This document shows, one piece after another, positions 51,181-64,000 of a stretch of DNA of 64,000 nucleotides. The notes beneath the pieces are model-generated. The model did not search any database and was not told the origin of the DNA. It saw only the letters and a list, made by a program, of their open reading frames with translations. How positions within the stretch are numbered: the stretch's first letter is position 1; each line of letters starts with the position of its first letter. The translations under genes and the position numbers were made by a program. The DNA comes from Octopus vulgaris (taxonomy: Eukaryota), in assembly GCA_951406725.2 (NCBI GenBank), contig OX597815.1:37944001-38008000 (forward strand). The letters run 5' to 3'.

Positions 51181-51741
51181 ATTGCTACACTTAAATGAAT
51201 TAAGCCTTTAAATGCCAAAAGTGATAGAGTGGTATGACGTTGACTGTGAGATAAAATAAAATTCCTGGAAAATAACTTACTTGCGCTCCTTTTCATTCTG
51301 GGTCGGCATTCTTCATGATACGAGACAATTAAGAAATTAAAAAGTGTAGTCATGTTTCTCCGCCGAATAACATTATTATTATATATGGAATATATGAATT
51401 ATTTGTTAACAAATAAAATACATTGCTTAGCAACATCACTGAAGTGTCAGGAATGAGATATGGCCGGATGAAATGACATTAAGTTTCTAATTACTTCCCC
51501 CTACGATCAGATTTCCAATCTAGTCATTGTCAATTTCTCATCGCATTTATATCAAATACCGATTCAACTTGCCGGGAACTTCCACGCAATAAAACCCATA
51601 TATTTCAAATTAGATCTCTACCATTTCATTCACTGTAGAGGTAACCTACGCATACAAAGATACATACATACATAAAAAGATACATACATACGTACACACA
51701 TACATACGTACATACATACATACATACATACAGACAGACAT

Positions 51742-52623
51742 ACCGGATTATTACCTCCCACTTTGAAGGGTATGCGTTTGCAATCCAGGAACAGGAAATA
51801 TCAACTAAGTACCTGATGCACAAAAAAGGATAAAGATGCAGGAAAATCTGTAAAATGTGACAACTGATGCAGACTTTGTGGAGTTCACACTGAATATATC
51901 ACCACCATCATAAGCAGTTGTCCGAAGATGTCATCACAGTATTATCTATCGATGAGACATAACGTTGTAGCTAGGGCACTCTGTAATGAAATCCGTCGGA
52001 AGGATAATCCCGAGGACAAATAAACAGAAACCCACAATATGGTAGAAGCCATAGTCACTCATAATGAAAAGGTATACTGGTGGAATATACCAGAGAAGGC
52101 TTCAATAAAATGTAAGTATAACAGACCTGATATAATGATTTTTGATAAAGAAGAGAGACTGTGCACAGTTGTGGAAATTAGCTGCCCATCGGATGTTATC
52201 ATAAAGAGAACACCAATGCTGAACAATTGAGAAACCTGCAGTCTTTTCTATCCAGATTATAAGTTCAGATTTATACCTGTAATTTTTGAGGCCCTGGGAT
52301 ATGTAATACACTGCCTAAATACCAATCTGGAGAAATTAGGCTTCTCAAAATCAGAAAAGAGAAAGCTAATTCGAAGGCTACATATCTAGTCCACAACTGG
52401 AACTGTAAAAATCTGTAGAACTTTCCAGAAGTTTATCATTTAAATATATATGAGCACGTCAAGATATGCAACTATATGCATGAGAATACATACATAAAAC
52501 ATAAAAAATTGCACAAACAAAAATAACCTGTTGTTTATGTTGAAATTCCAATGAAGGAGCCTTGGATCTAGGTTAGAAACCGGTTCTTTATTGGCAAGAA
52601 TTCTTGAAATACACTGAATAATA
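51742..52623 (+). mobile_element. RLE-type (R4-like) LINE 3' fragment, distinct subfamily
   Basis: HFEGYAFAIQEQEISTKYL, CRLCGVHTE..IISSCP, MRHNVVA, YWWNIP..KYNRPDIMIFDKEERLCTVVEISCP, PVIFEALG; ends CTGAATAATAA. Confidence 0.85.
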
Positions 52624-52689
52624 ACAAGCACACACACACACACACACACACAAACACATACACACACAAACGCATATATATATACATAA

Positions 52690-54727
52690 ATTAAGAAATG
52701 GAGTTAAAACGCAGGTGTTATTCAAATCCTTACACTTCCAACATGTTTCAAAGTAAGCATTGATATTATTAAACACAATTGAACCGAATATGATTATCGA
52801 GTATATGATGGAGAAGAAGGCTTGCAAGTTATGTTAAACCGTCAATAGATTTAACGTCAAAGATAATTTAGAGAATGCGGAGGAGAAAGAAAGAAATTAA
52901 CAGAAAATTAAGAGTGCAGAAATATAGTGCGATAGATGAATGGGAATAGAACTTAAAAGCATAGAAATAGATATATATAGAGGAAATGTAACGTAAGAAG
53001 ACAGTTAAAGGTATGTTTTTGCCAATGTTTACAACGATAAACGCATTCTTTAAAAGTGCTTACAAGAGTATTCTCCGGGAAAAGGGATGAGAAATGTTCT
53101 TCGTTACAGAGCGGACAAAAAGATTTACGTTTCTCATACGGGATTGATCTAGAGAGAATATTCCATCCCAATCGAATGTTTATTATGTTCCTTTAGAGAC
53201 CAAATTGATTTACTAAGCCCAGTATTGTTACATTTATTGATATGTCTATTGTTAGACATATGTCTATGGTAGAGTAAAGGTTAGATATTCTTTTCGAGAA
53301 CTGAGACGAAGAACTACCTATGTAAAAGAAGACATCAGAACCAGAAGTAATTTTAAATTGATAAAGAGAGCTTCAAGTCTTAGAATTACTGCTAAGGAAA
53401 CGAATACGATTTGAATTTATATCAGGAATATTAATACTCTTGTTATTGTTTTTCAAGAATGGTTAGCGTTAATAATATCAATGTTATTATTTTCATTAAG
53501 TTGATTTGTATTTATACGAAGAGATGATTTGTGAGAGGTTTTTGGCGTTTGAAAACTCTATCCTAATTCGGTGTGAATTGATAATGGAATGGTATCGTGA
53601 ATCCTAGGGTAAATTCTTATCTATAGCTTCACGACACTGGTAAGAGAAGTTGGATTTGATCTTTTTACCGTATGGAATGATCAACCAAACAGTTTTACTG
53701 GGACCCAGCTTGTTATTAGAGTAATTATCTTTAAATGTCCTAGACTTATTTTTATTACATATAAAGGGATATAATGAACAGTCATCTCCCTTATGCTGCA
53801 AAATTACATTTTTCGATTTAGTGTTGTTATTCGAACTCAAATGTATATTTTTATTACAATTATGACATAATTTCATGTCCTGATTAATAGAGGCAGAATT
53901 AATGTCAGTAGGGTTAATACAGGTAATTTTTCCTTTATAGCCTGCTTTAAGTAAGGCAGAATTATAATATTCAGCTTTATCATTGAAGATATCAACATTA
54001 GCAGATAATCTAGAAAGTCTAAATGAAATAATTCTAACTAAATTCCTTAGCCTTTGAATTTTTACTGGAAGAGCTAATATATTTTACATCAGATGAGTGT
54101 TTATAGTATGGGAAATATGAATCATTATATAAGTTAGGGCTAATATCCAAGAAGTTAGCTTCAGACATATCATCATCGAAAATATTGTTTAAGCCCATGT
54201 TTCGGAAAAAAATAACCAAGCTATATTTAAGGATTTGTAATTTTGGGTTAGAAACATTTTGAAGGTAGAGTAGACAATCATTACAATATTAACATCCATT
54301 GAATTGGTCAGCCATCTCATAAAGAATATATAAACTGAACACATCATGGTGTTGAGTCAGAACTTCCTATCGTGACATCAAAACTGTCAGGTGTATCTTT
54401 ACGGACCCATAGCTTATTTTCAAATCTAATGATTGACTTTCTGGCAGGTAACACCATATTAATTCCATCCCGGATGAGATCTGCTTTGCTGTGTGCAAAC
54501 CAGAGTGCTTTGTTGAGTACAATTTGGTTAATAGAGGAATAGTACCTAGATATGTTGAACTGGATAAACTTAATGCACTTCTTGTAAATAATAGAATTAA
54601 ACCAGTCGAGCACTTGGATTGAATTAGACCATAAATTAAGCTTTCATTTTTTTTTTAACTAAAAAAGGAATATATTTGTCTAGAATATTTCTACTGAGTA
54701 CACCGATATCAGGGCTAGAAGGAGAAA
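52690..54727 (-). mobile_element. Penelope-like element, 3' part (RT C-half, GIY-YIG, pseudo-LTR), degraded
   Basis: ISPSSPDIGVLSRNILD, FIQFNISRYYSSI, SFDVTIGSSD (FDVTMGSYD), NFLDI, LYQFKI..FYIG (GIY-YIG), WNIL..PY..CPLCNEE, CKH. Confidence 0.85.
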
Positions 54728-54729
54728 TA

Positions 54730-55020
54730 CAGGGTTTGTATAAAATAATGGAAACACCTTATAATTTCAAATAAATTTATCTTAATATGGGATAGGACTG
54801 CCTTTGGCAGTAATTACAGCTTGAATTCTTCGAGGTATGGACTCGTACAAAGTTTGAATTGCTTCCAAAGGAATGTTTGTCCATTCTTCAGCTAAAACTG
54901 TCTCCAGTTCTTGTAGTGATGATGGCAGAAGTTATCGATTCCTTACTTGTTTTTCTAAAATTAACCATAAATGTTCAATAACATTGAGATATGGGGACTG
55001 TGGTGGCCAGATAGGATGCG
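54730..55020 (-). mobile_element. Tc1 transposon 3' part (transposase C-terminus + right TIR)
   Basis: Minus strand WPPQSPYLNVIEHLW..LQELETVLAEEWTNIP..LYESIPRRIQAVITAKGSPIPY*; TIR CAGGGTTTGTATAAAATAAT with TA at 54728-54729. Confidence 0.9.
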
Positions 55021-55535
55021 TACTGAGGCTGTTGCTTTCGCATATTGAAAGAAGGCCTTTGGGTTTGACTTGATGTTTTTTATTGTCCAGGCTTCTTTGC
55101 TTGCTCTCTCCCTCACATAGGAATTTTGCAGGCTATATTCAATCTTCATCAGTGTTGATTTTAGGCGGGATCTTTCACTACCTTTGGAATGTTGGTTGAG
55201 GCGATTTGCAACCTTCGTCCGTCGTCTCATGAGGATCTGCCTCTCCTTTGGAATCTTGTTCCTATTTTTGTGTTGGCTCTGCAACATATTTCTGTTATAT
55301 GGTTTGCATAACAGACGTGAAATATTCTGGTTTCATGCCAATGTCTGATGTGGTGTGACATTTCGGCCAGTCCTGTCTGAAGATCTCTGGAACTTCAGAT
55401 TGGAGAGATTTCGGGTGCTTCATTTAGTCTGTATGTCTCTGGATACTTTTGGCCCATACATAGACAGCTCTATTATGTTGTGATCCGAGACTAATGTCGG
55501 CGTTACTTTCACATCATGAACGATGTCCAAATTGC
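55021..55535 (-). mobile_element. CR1/Jockey-group LINE fragment (end of APE domain + linker)
   Basis: VHDVKVTPTLVSDHNII (SDH motif) and EAWTIKNIKSNPKAFFQYAK. Confidence 0.75.
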
Positions 55536-55586
55536 TTATATATATATGTATATATATATATATATATATATACATACATACATACA

Positions 55587-55664
<78 letters not shown>

Positions 55665-55667
<3 letters not shown>

Positions 55668-56573
55668 GCATACGAATGTGTGTGTATATGTTTCTAGGTG
55701 TACAAATAACAAAGAAAAATAAATTAACATTTAGAAGGTAGCAAAAATTCACATAAGTGCCAAGGATATTACATCCTACTTATAAAGGTTGAAATTCCAT
55801 AGTTATGTGACTTTTTGCTACCCTGGTAAATTTTTTGCGTGTTATTTGTACACATTGAAAAAATACACATACATTCATATATACTTATTCAACCAGGTTT
55901 TCATATAACCTGCAAATAAAATAGTTTCCACATATAGAGTTATTTGATATAAACGCATCTCTTAAGGATATACCCATTCCCCCAAGAAAGGTTTTCTATA
56001 AACAACTCATTAGTAAGACAAACTCCTTTATTAACAGTATTAGATTGCTTGCTTTCTTCTTCGACAATAAAGATATTAATCAAACTTCTAACGATCTAAC
56101 TTCTGAATTCAGCAAATTGTTTAAATCTATAAACATTGCTTCACCTAACCCAAGATTGAAGCATTTTGAAGAGGATCTCTGGTCTAACGTGAGGAATTTT
56201 AAATTCCATCGTTCACCCTTAAGGAATAAACATCTGAGATATCTTCACAATATCACCAAGGAAATTCACAACATTGAGAGGATACTGGCTCAATCTGATA
56301 AAACGGGAAACTTATACAGACTTATTAAGGATTACTACTTAGAACTGCTTAGGAAAGAAATACAAAAGAATTATAGGATTACTGGTAAAAATTCTATCAG
56401 GAAAGCCATTCTTGAGGCTAAGAAAAAGTGCTATCAAGAAAGCCAACCTTGAGGCTAAGAAAATTATGGAGAAATATGACTTACGAATGAAGACTGACCC
56501 GCTTGATCCCAAACAATTTCGTTTTTTTTTAAAGAATATAAGCCATTTTGTTTTAGTAACCCAAACTTATGTA
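55665..56573 (+). mobile_element. Penelope-like element, 5' part (inverted terminal segment, N-terminal ORF to the start of RT)
   Basis: ~220-bp fold-back at 55665-55885; IPIP..FYKQLISKTNSFI, LKHFEEDL, SDKTGNLY (DKG/DKT motif); ends NPNLC at the Tc1 insertion TA (56572-56573). Confidence 0.85.
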
Positions 56574-57197
56574 CAGGGGATGGACAAAATAATCATAGCA
56601 TCAAAATTTTGAAATATCTATAAAACCGTCAAATGCTTGTTTATTTTTGTTTTTTGATTTATTGTTAGTGTTTCTTTATGTTTTGCTAAACTTGCTGTTT
56701 CTTTTCAGACATCACCAGAAAAAAGGTAATTAATATTCATTAAAATGACAGATTTATCGGACTTTCAAAGAGGCCAAATTGTTGGTGTTCGTATGACATG
56801 TGCTAGCATAAAGAATACAGCCGAAATATTTGGTGTATCAAGAAGTACTATCTCGAAAGTAATGACAGTCTTTAGGAAAGAGGGGAAAGCCGCCTCGTCG
56901 AAACAAAACTCCGGAAGAAAACCAAAACTTTCAGACAAGGACTGTCGGACTGTTACGCAAATTGTTAGAAAGGATCACAAAAGCACAGCTCCCAAAATTA
57001 CTCCAGAGCTTAATGACCACCTCGAGAACACCCCAGTTTCCACAAAAACTGTTCACCGGGAGTTGCACAAAACGGGATTTCACGGGAGGGTTGCAATCAG
57101 AAAACCACTACTTTCAAAAACGAACGTTGCAAAGCGTTTAGAGTGGAGCAAAAACCTACAAAATTGGTCCCTAGAGCAGTCGAAAAATGTTATTTAA
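56574..57197 (+). mobile_element. Tc1 transposon 5' part (left TIR + DNA-binding half of the transposase, ORF 56745-57197)
   Basis: TIR CAGGGGATGGACAAAATAAT; MTDLSDFQRGQIVG..GVSRSTISKV..SGRKPKLSD..RVAIRKPLLS..RLEW..WSLEQSKNVI, truncated just before the first catalytic Asp. Confidence 0.92.
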
Positions 57198-58130
<933 letters not shown>

Positions 58131-59219
58131 TCTTTATACTTATATAGACAATTTATGTACAAATTTAAATCAAAACTCTTTTAATGAAACCATCATTAAC
58201 TGTACACAGTGGCACTATTGGTCTATCCATAGATGCTTAAATTCTTTGTGTTTAAATTCAATGTAGTTGTTTGTGTGCTCCTGGAAAGCCGAGTTTACGA
58301 TGATGTTTCGATTCGTGTGTATGCCATTTCGTTCACGATTATCTAAATGAAACATTTGACACATAGTCATAATGTCTTCACATTTATTAAAATTTGCTAC
58401 AGGTGTTATAGAAGATGCAGAATCCAATATATGCTATAATTAATTCTTGTCATCAACGTCCTCAGCTATCCTGCTAATCGTTTAATTCCTAAATTCAAAT
58501 TCTGTTTTGAACGTAGAATGTACCATTCTCTTATAAATGTGAAGTTTAAACTGAATTCATCGAGTCAAGGCTAGCGCTTAGATTCTGTCTATAACAAATT
58601 CACAGTGTCACTGATATAACTTTCACAAATATATGAGTATCATAACACAATGTTTTCATCATCCTTAAATCTCAATGTTCTATCTTGCGAATTATAATAT
58701 TAAAATATGTGTTGCCTCATGCGTTCATGAATACTGCCGTTGCTTGAATTCTCTGGGCCTGATATTGCTTTTCAGGAAGCTTTTTTAATTCTATTTTTGT
58801 CTGGTATTATTTTTTCGTTGGCTTCTATTAGTGCACAAGTTATGCTTTGAGACATTTTGATGTGCTGAAGGCAAAACAATGCACCAATGGTAGTGATCAA
58901 TTTCCTTTCTCTTTCCATGCAACAGTGATTATTTGTTCTCCATCTCTCCTTCTCTCTTTCCTCTCTCTATCCCTCTCTATCTTTTTCAATCCACTATTAT
59001 AACACATGCTTCAAAACTTCTTTTTAAGCTGTGTGTAATACATTTAATACACGTAAATAGAATGAATAAACACTAATTAATTGTAAAATGTATTCCGCTG
59101 ACAAATATTTGAATAATAACATTTAAATATCCCATTCATCATATAAAGAAAAAAGCCACAGTACCATGGGTAGCTATTTTCATATTTTAATAAGGCTTGC
59201 AAAATATGACATATTTATA

Positions 59220-59435
59220 ATGGTTCCAAATGTTTGCTCAAGGCCAGAAACTTCAGGGGAGGGTATAATTGATTACATTGACTCCAGTACTCAACTGGTA
59301 CTCATTTTATTGAACCCGAAGGAATGATAACCATAGTCGACCTCAGTGGAATTAGGACTCAAAACATGAAGACGGACAAAATGCCGCTTTGCAATTTACC
59401 CGGTGTGCTAACGACTCTGCCAACTAGCTGCCTTA
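59220..59435 (-). mobile_element. SINE family A
   Basis: CCAGTACTCAACTGGTACTC..GTCGACCTCAG..GTGCTAACGACTCTGCCAACTAGCTGCCTT. Confidence 0.8.
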
Positions 59436-59464
59436 AATGTGTCTACGATATTAATATCCTTCTA

Positions 59465-59680
59465 GATGGCATAATCTTTAACACACGGGGTAAATTGCAT
59501 GGCGGTATTTCGCCCATTTTCACATTCTGAGTTCAAATTCCGCCAAGGTCGACTTTGCCTTTCATTCTTTCGGAGTCGATAAAATAAGTACCAGTTGAAC
59601 CCTGTTGTCGATGTAATCAACTTTCCCCACTCGCCCGAAATTGCTGGAATTTTTTTTACCAAAATTTGAAACCAATATTG
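59465..59680 (+). mobile_element. SINE family A
   Basis: GAGTTCAAATTCCGCCAAGGTCGACTTTGCCTTTCATTCTTTCGGAGTCGATAAAATAAGTACCAG. Confidence 0.85.
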
Positions 59681-61351
59681 ATAAACTGAAACCGTGTCTT
59701 GTAGCAATTCTTATATTACTAGAAACAACTACAACATAAAATCCATTTTCATTGAAACTAATTCCAATATATATTCCCAATCATAAAACATTTTCAAATC
59801 TAGTGGCAGTTCTGAGCAGAATATTTAGTTGGGTACGTGAGTTAAATCCATTCTATATCATGCAGACGAATAATGTTGAAATAACCACTTGAGAAATCTT
59901 ATGCTGAGTGGTTCGACAATATAGATAAAACTGATTGTACATATTTCTAAATTCCAAGTGACATGGAAAATATTCTTGCGTAATATCGATATAACAGTTT
60001 CCACATTTGAGTCCATTTAACAGTTGAGGAGGAATTAGCCTGTATACTTCAGCATAAACGTTTAAAGAATACGCGGCAAGCAATTACAGGAATTACTGCA
60101 GAGACAGAGGAAATACTTTAATCTAGAACATCAGAGGCTATTTTCCAAAGTTTTTCTCATGAAATACAATATGTTACAATTATCGTTTCCATATCAAATA
60201 CTTCATCCGGAACAAAAAAAAACGTCTCTGTATACATTCAATGAAAATGTACAAAAAAATAAGAAGGAAAACTCAGGTACTTTAAAAGTTGCTGGGTATT
60301 AGTTCCAGCCACACATGCAACGGGTAAAGCACTGTAGCATGACAAAGAGGAACAGCTATATTGCTATATTGCTTTGATATCTTTAATATAAAAAGACGTT
60401 ATACACACACACACACACACACATACACACACACATACACACATACACACAATTTAACATTCCCTGTAGGTTTCTGCACAGCTACAAACTAGTTCGACAC
60501 AACTTATGTACATGACACCATATCAAGTTAAAAGAAAAGTGATTATTTGTCCCTAATGCACAACGATATATCGAGCTCTGTAACCAGATTTTAAATCTAA
60601 TTCGCTCACTCTTTTCCCCGTATTCGAGCCGGAGTACACTAATACTGTTTTATAAACAGTCAAATTTAGTGACTCATTCCTTACTCGTATCAGTAGTAAT
60701 ACTATAGCGTTCTATAAATTAGTATAAATTCTGTGTCTGGTGCTAAAATCAGTTGAAGAAGACTGAGGTATATTTGAAACTAGACAGAAATTTGAAAATA
60801 TACGGATCTATCTTTTCTTCATAACATTGTTTTTCTATTTATCTGTCTGATTGTCTGTTCGAATTTTTACCTATCTGTCTACCTGAGTGCCCCGCTGTCT
60901 GTCTGTCTCATTCCTTGTCTTTATTTCCCTGACTGCTTATCTCACAGACTCTTTCTCAGCAGATGTATCTATCATCCATCCATCCGTCCATTTATAGATG
61001 TGTGTAAACTGGAATGTATATAGAGGAGCAATTACCTTTCTTGCTCACTTAGCAACATTTCAAATGTGATAGAGAGAGTCATGATAAAAAAATCTCCGCC
61101 ATATTGAAACTTTCACCATTACCAAGGAACAACAGTGGTTTCATAGATACAGATTGACACAAACAGCATCGATCACAGTAGTCGAGGAGAAGATTACAAA
61201 TCCCAAGGGCGCTGTCAGTCATTCTAAATGGTAAATAAATGAAGCAAAAATAATTAGGTACCGAAAACCTATTGTAATCTTTAAAATGTTGCACATATTC
61301 ATACACCCTTTCTCTTTGTCCCTCATTCACTCTCTTAGAAGTATAATTGCA

Positions 61352-61417
<66 letters not shown>

Positions 61418-61423
61418 GGTGTG

Positions 61424-61455
<32 letters not shown>

Positions 61456-61527
61456 CGTTTGTGTATAGATTAAACAGAGTGAGATAAAAAATTTAAGGCT
61501 GCGAATAGTTTTCAGAACATTTATAAT

Positions 61528-61580
61528 GAGGTGTTACAGATGTTTCCAGGATATTTTATAAATCTCTTCATCAGAGACAG
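61528..61580 (-). ncRNA. Type I hammerhead motif (slightly degenerate) in a microsatellite-flanked element
   Basis: Minus strand GTCT-CTGATGA-AGAGATT..ATATCCTG-GAAA-CATCTG-TA-ACAC; partner motif GAAACAGCTGTAAGAC on the plus strand at 61770-61785. Confidence 0.6.
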
Positions 61581-62155
61581 TGCGTGAAAATGTTTAAGTA
61601 ACAGTTATAGAGAAGATATAAAATACAGAGTGATGTGGAGGAATGAAAACAGACATGAGATACGTAAGGGTATCTTATCTGCAGTTCCATTATTTAAGCA
61701 GAATTGTGTATATATAAGTTTTGGAACTCACACACAAGGTACAGGAAACTTATATATACACCATTCCCGGAAACAGCTGTAAGACCTCTTGGATTTTTTA
61801 ATCTCATTCTGCTAATATATATATATACTAATACAAGACCTACGTTGGACTCTTCATTCATATCACTATCGAACCTGAAGCTTAACTATAGTCTGTCCAT
61901 AGCACTTACTCTGCATTACCTGATACCTTTGGGTCTTCTTGACACCAATACCTCTCATACCCTTGACATATATATATATATATATAAATGTCGAACAATG
62001 AGAATAAGAATAAGTGCTCAACACTACTTTGGTGGATAAAAATACCCCACACACACACATACACACACCTCTTTTCCATATTTCTCGCTCATACACGCAC
62101 ATATATTTATACGTATATATATTTATATCTGACCGAGTCACAGTGAATGTTTGTA

Positions 62156-62195
<40 letters not shown>

Positions 62196-63148
62196 ATCTA
62201 TCTATCTATCTGTCTGTCTGTAATCTTTATTTTTTCTGTGTATGCTCGTGTATACATATGTATATACGTTAGAGTGTGAGTGTGTGAGAGAGTGTGTGTA
62301 TGCGTTTGGTGTGTGTGTATATAAGTTCGTGCATACATGTATTTGTGTATATTTACATATATATATGTGTTTGTGTGTGTGTGTATGTGTGAGTTTATAT
62401 ATCAGTGACGCATAAGTTAATGTAAATGTGACTAGTATGAGTGTATATTAGTATGTTATCATAAATCATCCCGTTTGCTTGTCTATGGGTTTGTGGTAAT
62501 TACTCTCTCGGCTCCAGGATATTTGTTTCGACTGCACTAACCTGATAACCCACCCTCTCTCGTCTCTTTCCTTCTCTCTGTCTTCCTCTTATCTTTTACT
62601 TCTGGCGATGTAATAAGAGATATAATTTAATGTGACATTGTCTGGCGATTGTTGTATGGCCAATAGATCTATGGAAATCTGCCAAACCCCGATACGTCAT
62701 CACTCTCTTCATTGATGCCGAAATGAGAACAATCCACATTCCACATCTTGGTATATTTTCTCCGAACCAAATGGTATTTTTCATTATGTATTTGAATCAT
62801 TCATCAATAAAAACGCGTGTGAAACATCTGTAGTAAACGTTTAACCAATTTCTGTTCATATTTTATGTAAACATCATACCTGGAACTTTCCCTATGATGG
62901 AACTAAAACTTATATTGGATCGTAAAACTGCATACTGGAATGCAAGAGTATATAATTTCATCTATACGTATATGTTTATTTGTGTGTACATATGTGTGTA
63001 TGATTGGTGTGCATTAGCGAGTTACTTCCTAGTACATGAATGTCCGTATCTGCATGGGTATATACAAATGTGCATATAGTAATTCACGGATGTGCATATC
63101 ACGATCCTCGTTTGGTATCCGTTATATTAAGATAACGAATCATAAAAG

Positions 63149-63181
<33 letters not shown>

Positions 63182-63214
63182 TGAGAAAGTTGGTGTGTGA
63201 AAGCACGTGTTTGA

Positions 63215-63466
63215 ATATATAGAAAGTAGTAAAATGTGAAAAAACTACAGAAGGCTTGTTCTAAAGGGTTAAAAAATATATTTGAGTCATTATGTCAGAA
63301 GAATGTTATAAAATTTTTTCATACAGTGACATAGTTTTTTCAAAAACTATGTCAGTGTATGAAAACATTTTATAACATTCTTCAGACATAATGACTCAAA
63401 TATATTTTTTAACCCTTTAAAACAAGCCTTCTGTAGTTTTTTCACTTTTTACTATTTTCTATATAT
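63215..63466. repeat. ~250-bp near-perfect palindrome in a (TA)n context
   Basis: Arms 63215-63339 and 63342-63466 are complementary with few mismatches; centre TTTTT-TC-AAAAA. Confidence 0.95.
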
Positions 63467-64000
63467 ATATATATCTGTAAGGTTTATTGTTTATTTTTTG
63501 TCTGTAAGGTTTATTTTTGTACAAAAATGGAGTCCTCACTGGATTTTAAGTTTTTGGTCTGCTTGCGGTAGAGACGTGCGTTTTACTCACTTTAATCTAA
63601 TTTGCGAGTTGAATTATTCTCAATTATTTGCGAGAACTGTGTTTGTTTGCCTTCGTGGAAGTTTTTGGGAAAAATAATTTCAAGGAATTACAGTAGGAAT
63701 TACACACGGATTGAAAAAAAGCTGTGAAGGCCAGGAGTATCGTACGGCCGAAAAATACTTTTCTTTGCTGTAATTTCAACTCTCGTTCTCTTCTTCTGTC
63801 TTTTATTTGAGAAAAAACTGTATAGAACTATTATTTTTATTCTTATCCCCTTTTTGTTAAGTCTTTCTTTTTGTTTTTTTCTTTCTGTATTATTTAAAAC
63901 ATTTTGTGGACTATATTTAGAACATTTTGCACATGGCAAGGAACATGGTAGGTTATACAAAGGCGAAACATGCCTATATATATATATATATATATATATA

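Larger units (their letters stand above)
58150..60350 (-). mobile_element. Ancient Gypsy pol remnant (RT to integrase), interrupted by SINEs
   Basis: LAAYSLNVYAEVYR..QLLNGLKCGNCYIDI (59853-60083) resembles LPFGL..APEVFQ...LL.GL..V..YIDD; downstream SIYW...CQ resembles the integrase HHCC region. Confidence 0.35.

Overview
AT-rich, microsatellite-dense animal DNA. The SINE sequences suggest an octopus or other coleoid cephalopod (inferred from recall, not from a search). No host protein-coding exon, rRNA, tRNA gene or CRISPR array is recognisable; the window reads as intergenic or intronic DNA built from transposable elements. DNA elements: a Helitron 3' end, a full-length frameshifted mariner, a Merlin/IS1595-like remnant, MITE/foldback elements and a split Tc1. 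Retroelements: many R4/Dong-type (RLE) LINE fragments in (TAA)n/(GAA)n tracts, a 5' Gypsy fragment with a tRNA-Ser PBS, a Penelope-like element, and at least two tRNA-type SINE families. Three observations stand out: (1) type-I hammerhead ribozyme motifs, one structurally intact at 15151-15232, in (TA)n-embedded elements tied by sequence to the Penelope element; (2) a non-coding ~550-bp element with a fixed 5' end found only in (TAA)n next to Dong-like LINEs; (3) a reconstructable inversion that split a Penelope::Tc1 nest. Coordinates of decayed elements are approximate.
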